Shown here one piece after another: positions 31,035 to 32,000 of a DNA stretch of 32,000 nt. The stretch spans positions 420,001 through 452,000 of the forward strand of contig CALSTM010000001.1 of NCBI GenBank assembly GCA_943789275.1. The letters are read 5' to 3'. A program made the position numbers and the translations under genes. Positions within the stretch are counted from its first letter, which is position 1. Every line of letters starts with the position of its first letter. Under the pieces are notes generated by a model. It searched no databases and was not told the origin of the DNA. It was given only the letters and a program-made list of their open reading frames with translations. This DNA comes from Candidatus Poseidoniaceae archaeon. GTDB taxonomy: Archaea; Thermoplasmatota; Poseidoniia; Poseidoniales; Poseidoniaceae.

Positions 31035-32000
31035 CAGAGAACACCTCCAAGGCGTGTTTGTTTTGGATGCAAGGCACCCTCATGGCAGAGAAGAACTCCT
31101 CCCATGCCGTTGACATAGAAATCAGATCCTTCAGGTGCACCGACTAAAATGTCGTCTTCATCGTTAATCGTGAGTTCGCCGTCTTTGACCAACGAAGTGA
31201 TGAATGTTGTCAAGTTGTTTGAATACAACATGCTCGCAGTTGTTGCTAAAGTGCCGGGAAGATTCGATGTCCCCACAACGATAACGCCGTTTTTGGTCGT
31301 GATGATTTTGCCTGTTTCAGTGTCTTCACAATTCCCGCCCACGTCGGCATTCATGTCGACAACCACTGCACCAGATTTGAACGTCTTGATGGCGCTTGAT
31401 GGGACGGTAATTGGTGCTGGACGACCGAAAATACGAGCCGTCGTTACGATGATGTCAGCATCTGCAGCCACACCGCAGACCGTATCGTTGACCTTTTGAA
31501 TAAACTCTGGAGTGAGTGGCTTTGCATAGCCTGATTCATCTTCAAAGTCATCCATGCCGTCGACTTCGATGAATCGTCCACCGACCGATTCAATTTGCTC
31601 AGCGGCCGACTTTCGAACATCTGATGCGTAAACGACTGCTCCCAATCGCTTAGCAGTAGCAATCGCTTGTAATCCTGCGACACCACTGCCCATAATGACC
31701 ACTTTCGCTGGCCGTACGGTTCCTGCTGATGTGGTCATCATTGGAATGCCCTTTGGAACATGAGCAGCTCCGAGTAGAACAGCCTTGTAGCCAGCCAGAT
31801 TGTCTTGACTCGAATTGACGTCCATCGACTGAGCACGAGAAAGTCTCCGAGGAATCATGTCCATTGAAAGCAGCGTCACACCTGCCGCTATGCATTCATT
31901 GACATGCTCAGGGTGTCGAAAGGGGTCTGCAACACAAGCAATACGTGTGCCTTTGGAAATACCGTCCAGTCCAGGATAACGAATCGAAATAATAGTGTCG
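31034..32000 (-). CDS. pntAA: NAD(P) transhydrogenase subunit alpha part 1 (NAD(H)-binding), 5'-truncated by the window edge
   Basis: SMDMIPRRLSRAQSMDVNSSQDNLAGYKAV, VVIMGSGVAGLQAIATAKRLGA (Rossmann fold). The frame stays open upstream of the listed GTG (..DTIISIRYPGLDGISKGTRIACVADPFRHPEHVNECIAAGVTLLSMD), so the gene continues beyond position 32000. Confidence 0.9.
   Translation of the reverse strand, partial: DTIISIRYPGLDGISKGTRIACVADPFRHPEHVNECIAAGVTLLSMDMIPRRLSRAQSMDVNSSQDNLAGYKAVLLGAAHVPKGIPMMTTSAGTVRPAKVVIMGSGVAGLQAIATAKRLGAVVYASDVRKSAAEQIESVGGRFIEVDGMDDFEDESGYAKPLTPEFIQKVNDTVCGVAADADIIVTTARIFGRPAPITVPSSAIKTFKSGAVVVDMNADVGGNCEDTETGKIITTKNGVIVVGTSNLPGTLATTASMLYSNNLTTFITSLVKDGELTINDEDDILVGAPEGSDFYVNGMGGVLLCHEGALHPKQTRLGGVL

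Noticed and set aside
1-32000. Search for defence systems, prophage, integrases, transposases, toxin-antitoxin pairs, rRNA and tRNA
   Set aside because: No ORF or intergenic segment shows the corresponding signatures. Every gap over 60 nt was inspected, and only the SRP RNA emerged.

Overview
The window is densely packed (about 25 genes, most intergenic gaps under 50 nt), and its gene content points to a marine planktonic archaeon. A Thermoplasmatota / Marine Group II-like (Poseidoniales) origin is an inference from gene content only. Archaeal hallmarks are geranylgeranyl reductase, a tandem-unit tRNA-splicing endonuclease, archease, an SRP RNA with helix 6, and CcmE with the CxxxY heme motif. 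These sit beside many bacterial-looking genes: TopB-like topoisomerase, PntAA/AB/B transhydrogenase, PepP, class-2 PyrD, an M6 protease and a PNGase F-like domain. I found no rRNA, tRNA, CRISPR array, transposase, integrase or recognisable defence system. The only RNA gene I can support is an SRP (7S) RNA at about 20404-20712. The most unusual content is envelope-related. (a) A lipoprotein fuses a Cys-locked thrombospondin-type-3 (TSP3) calcium-repeat array to a PNGase F-like domain. (b) A 1033-aa TSP3 giant sits in a module with a PKD-domain membrane protein and a Trp-rich orphan. (c) A TatC carries a 210-aa Cys-containing C-terminal extension, next to a reeler/DOMON-like membrane protein and a membrane-anchored M6 metalloprotease. 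(d) A wHTH + triple TerB-like repeat / pfkB kinase / archease operon runs divergent from endA. None of these can be proven to be a new system from sequence alone. All family assignments rest on motifs I recognise by eye, and no database search was run. The ORF track uses ATG, GTG and TTG starts, so several starts were revised using Shine-Dalgarno (GGAGGTG-like) spacing and signal-peptide logic.
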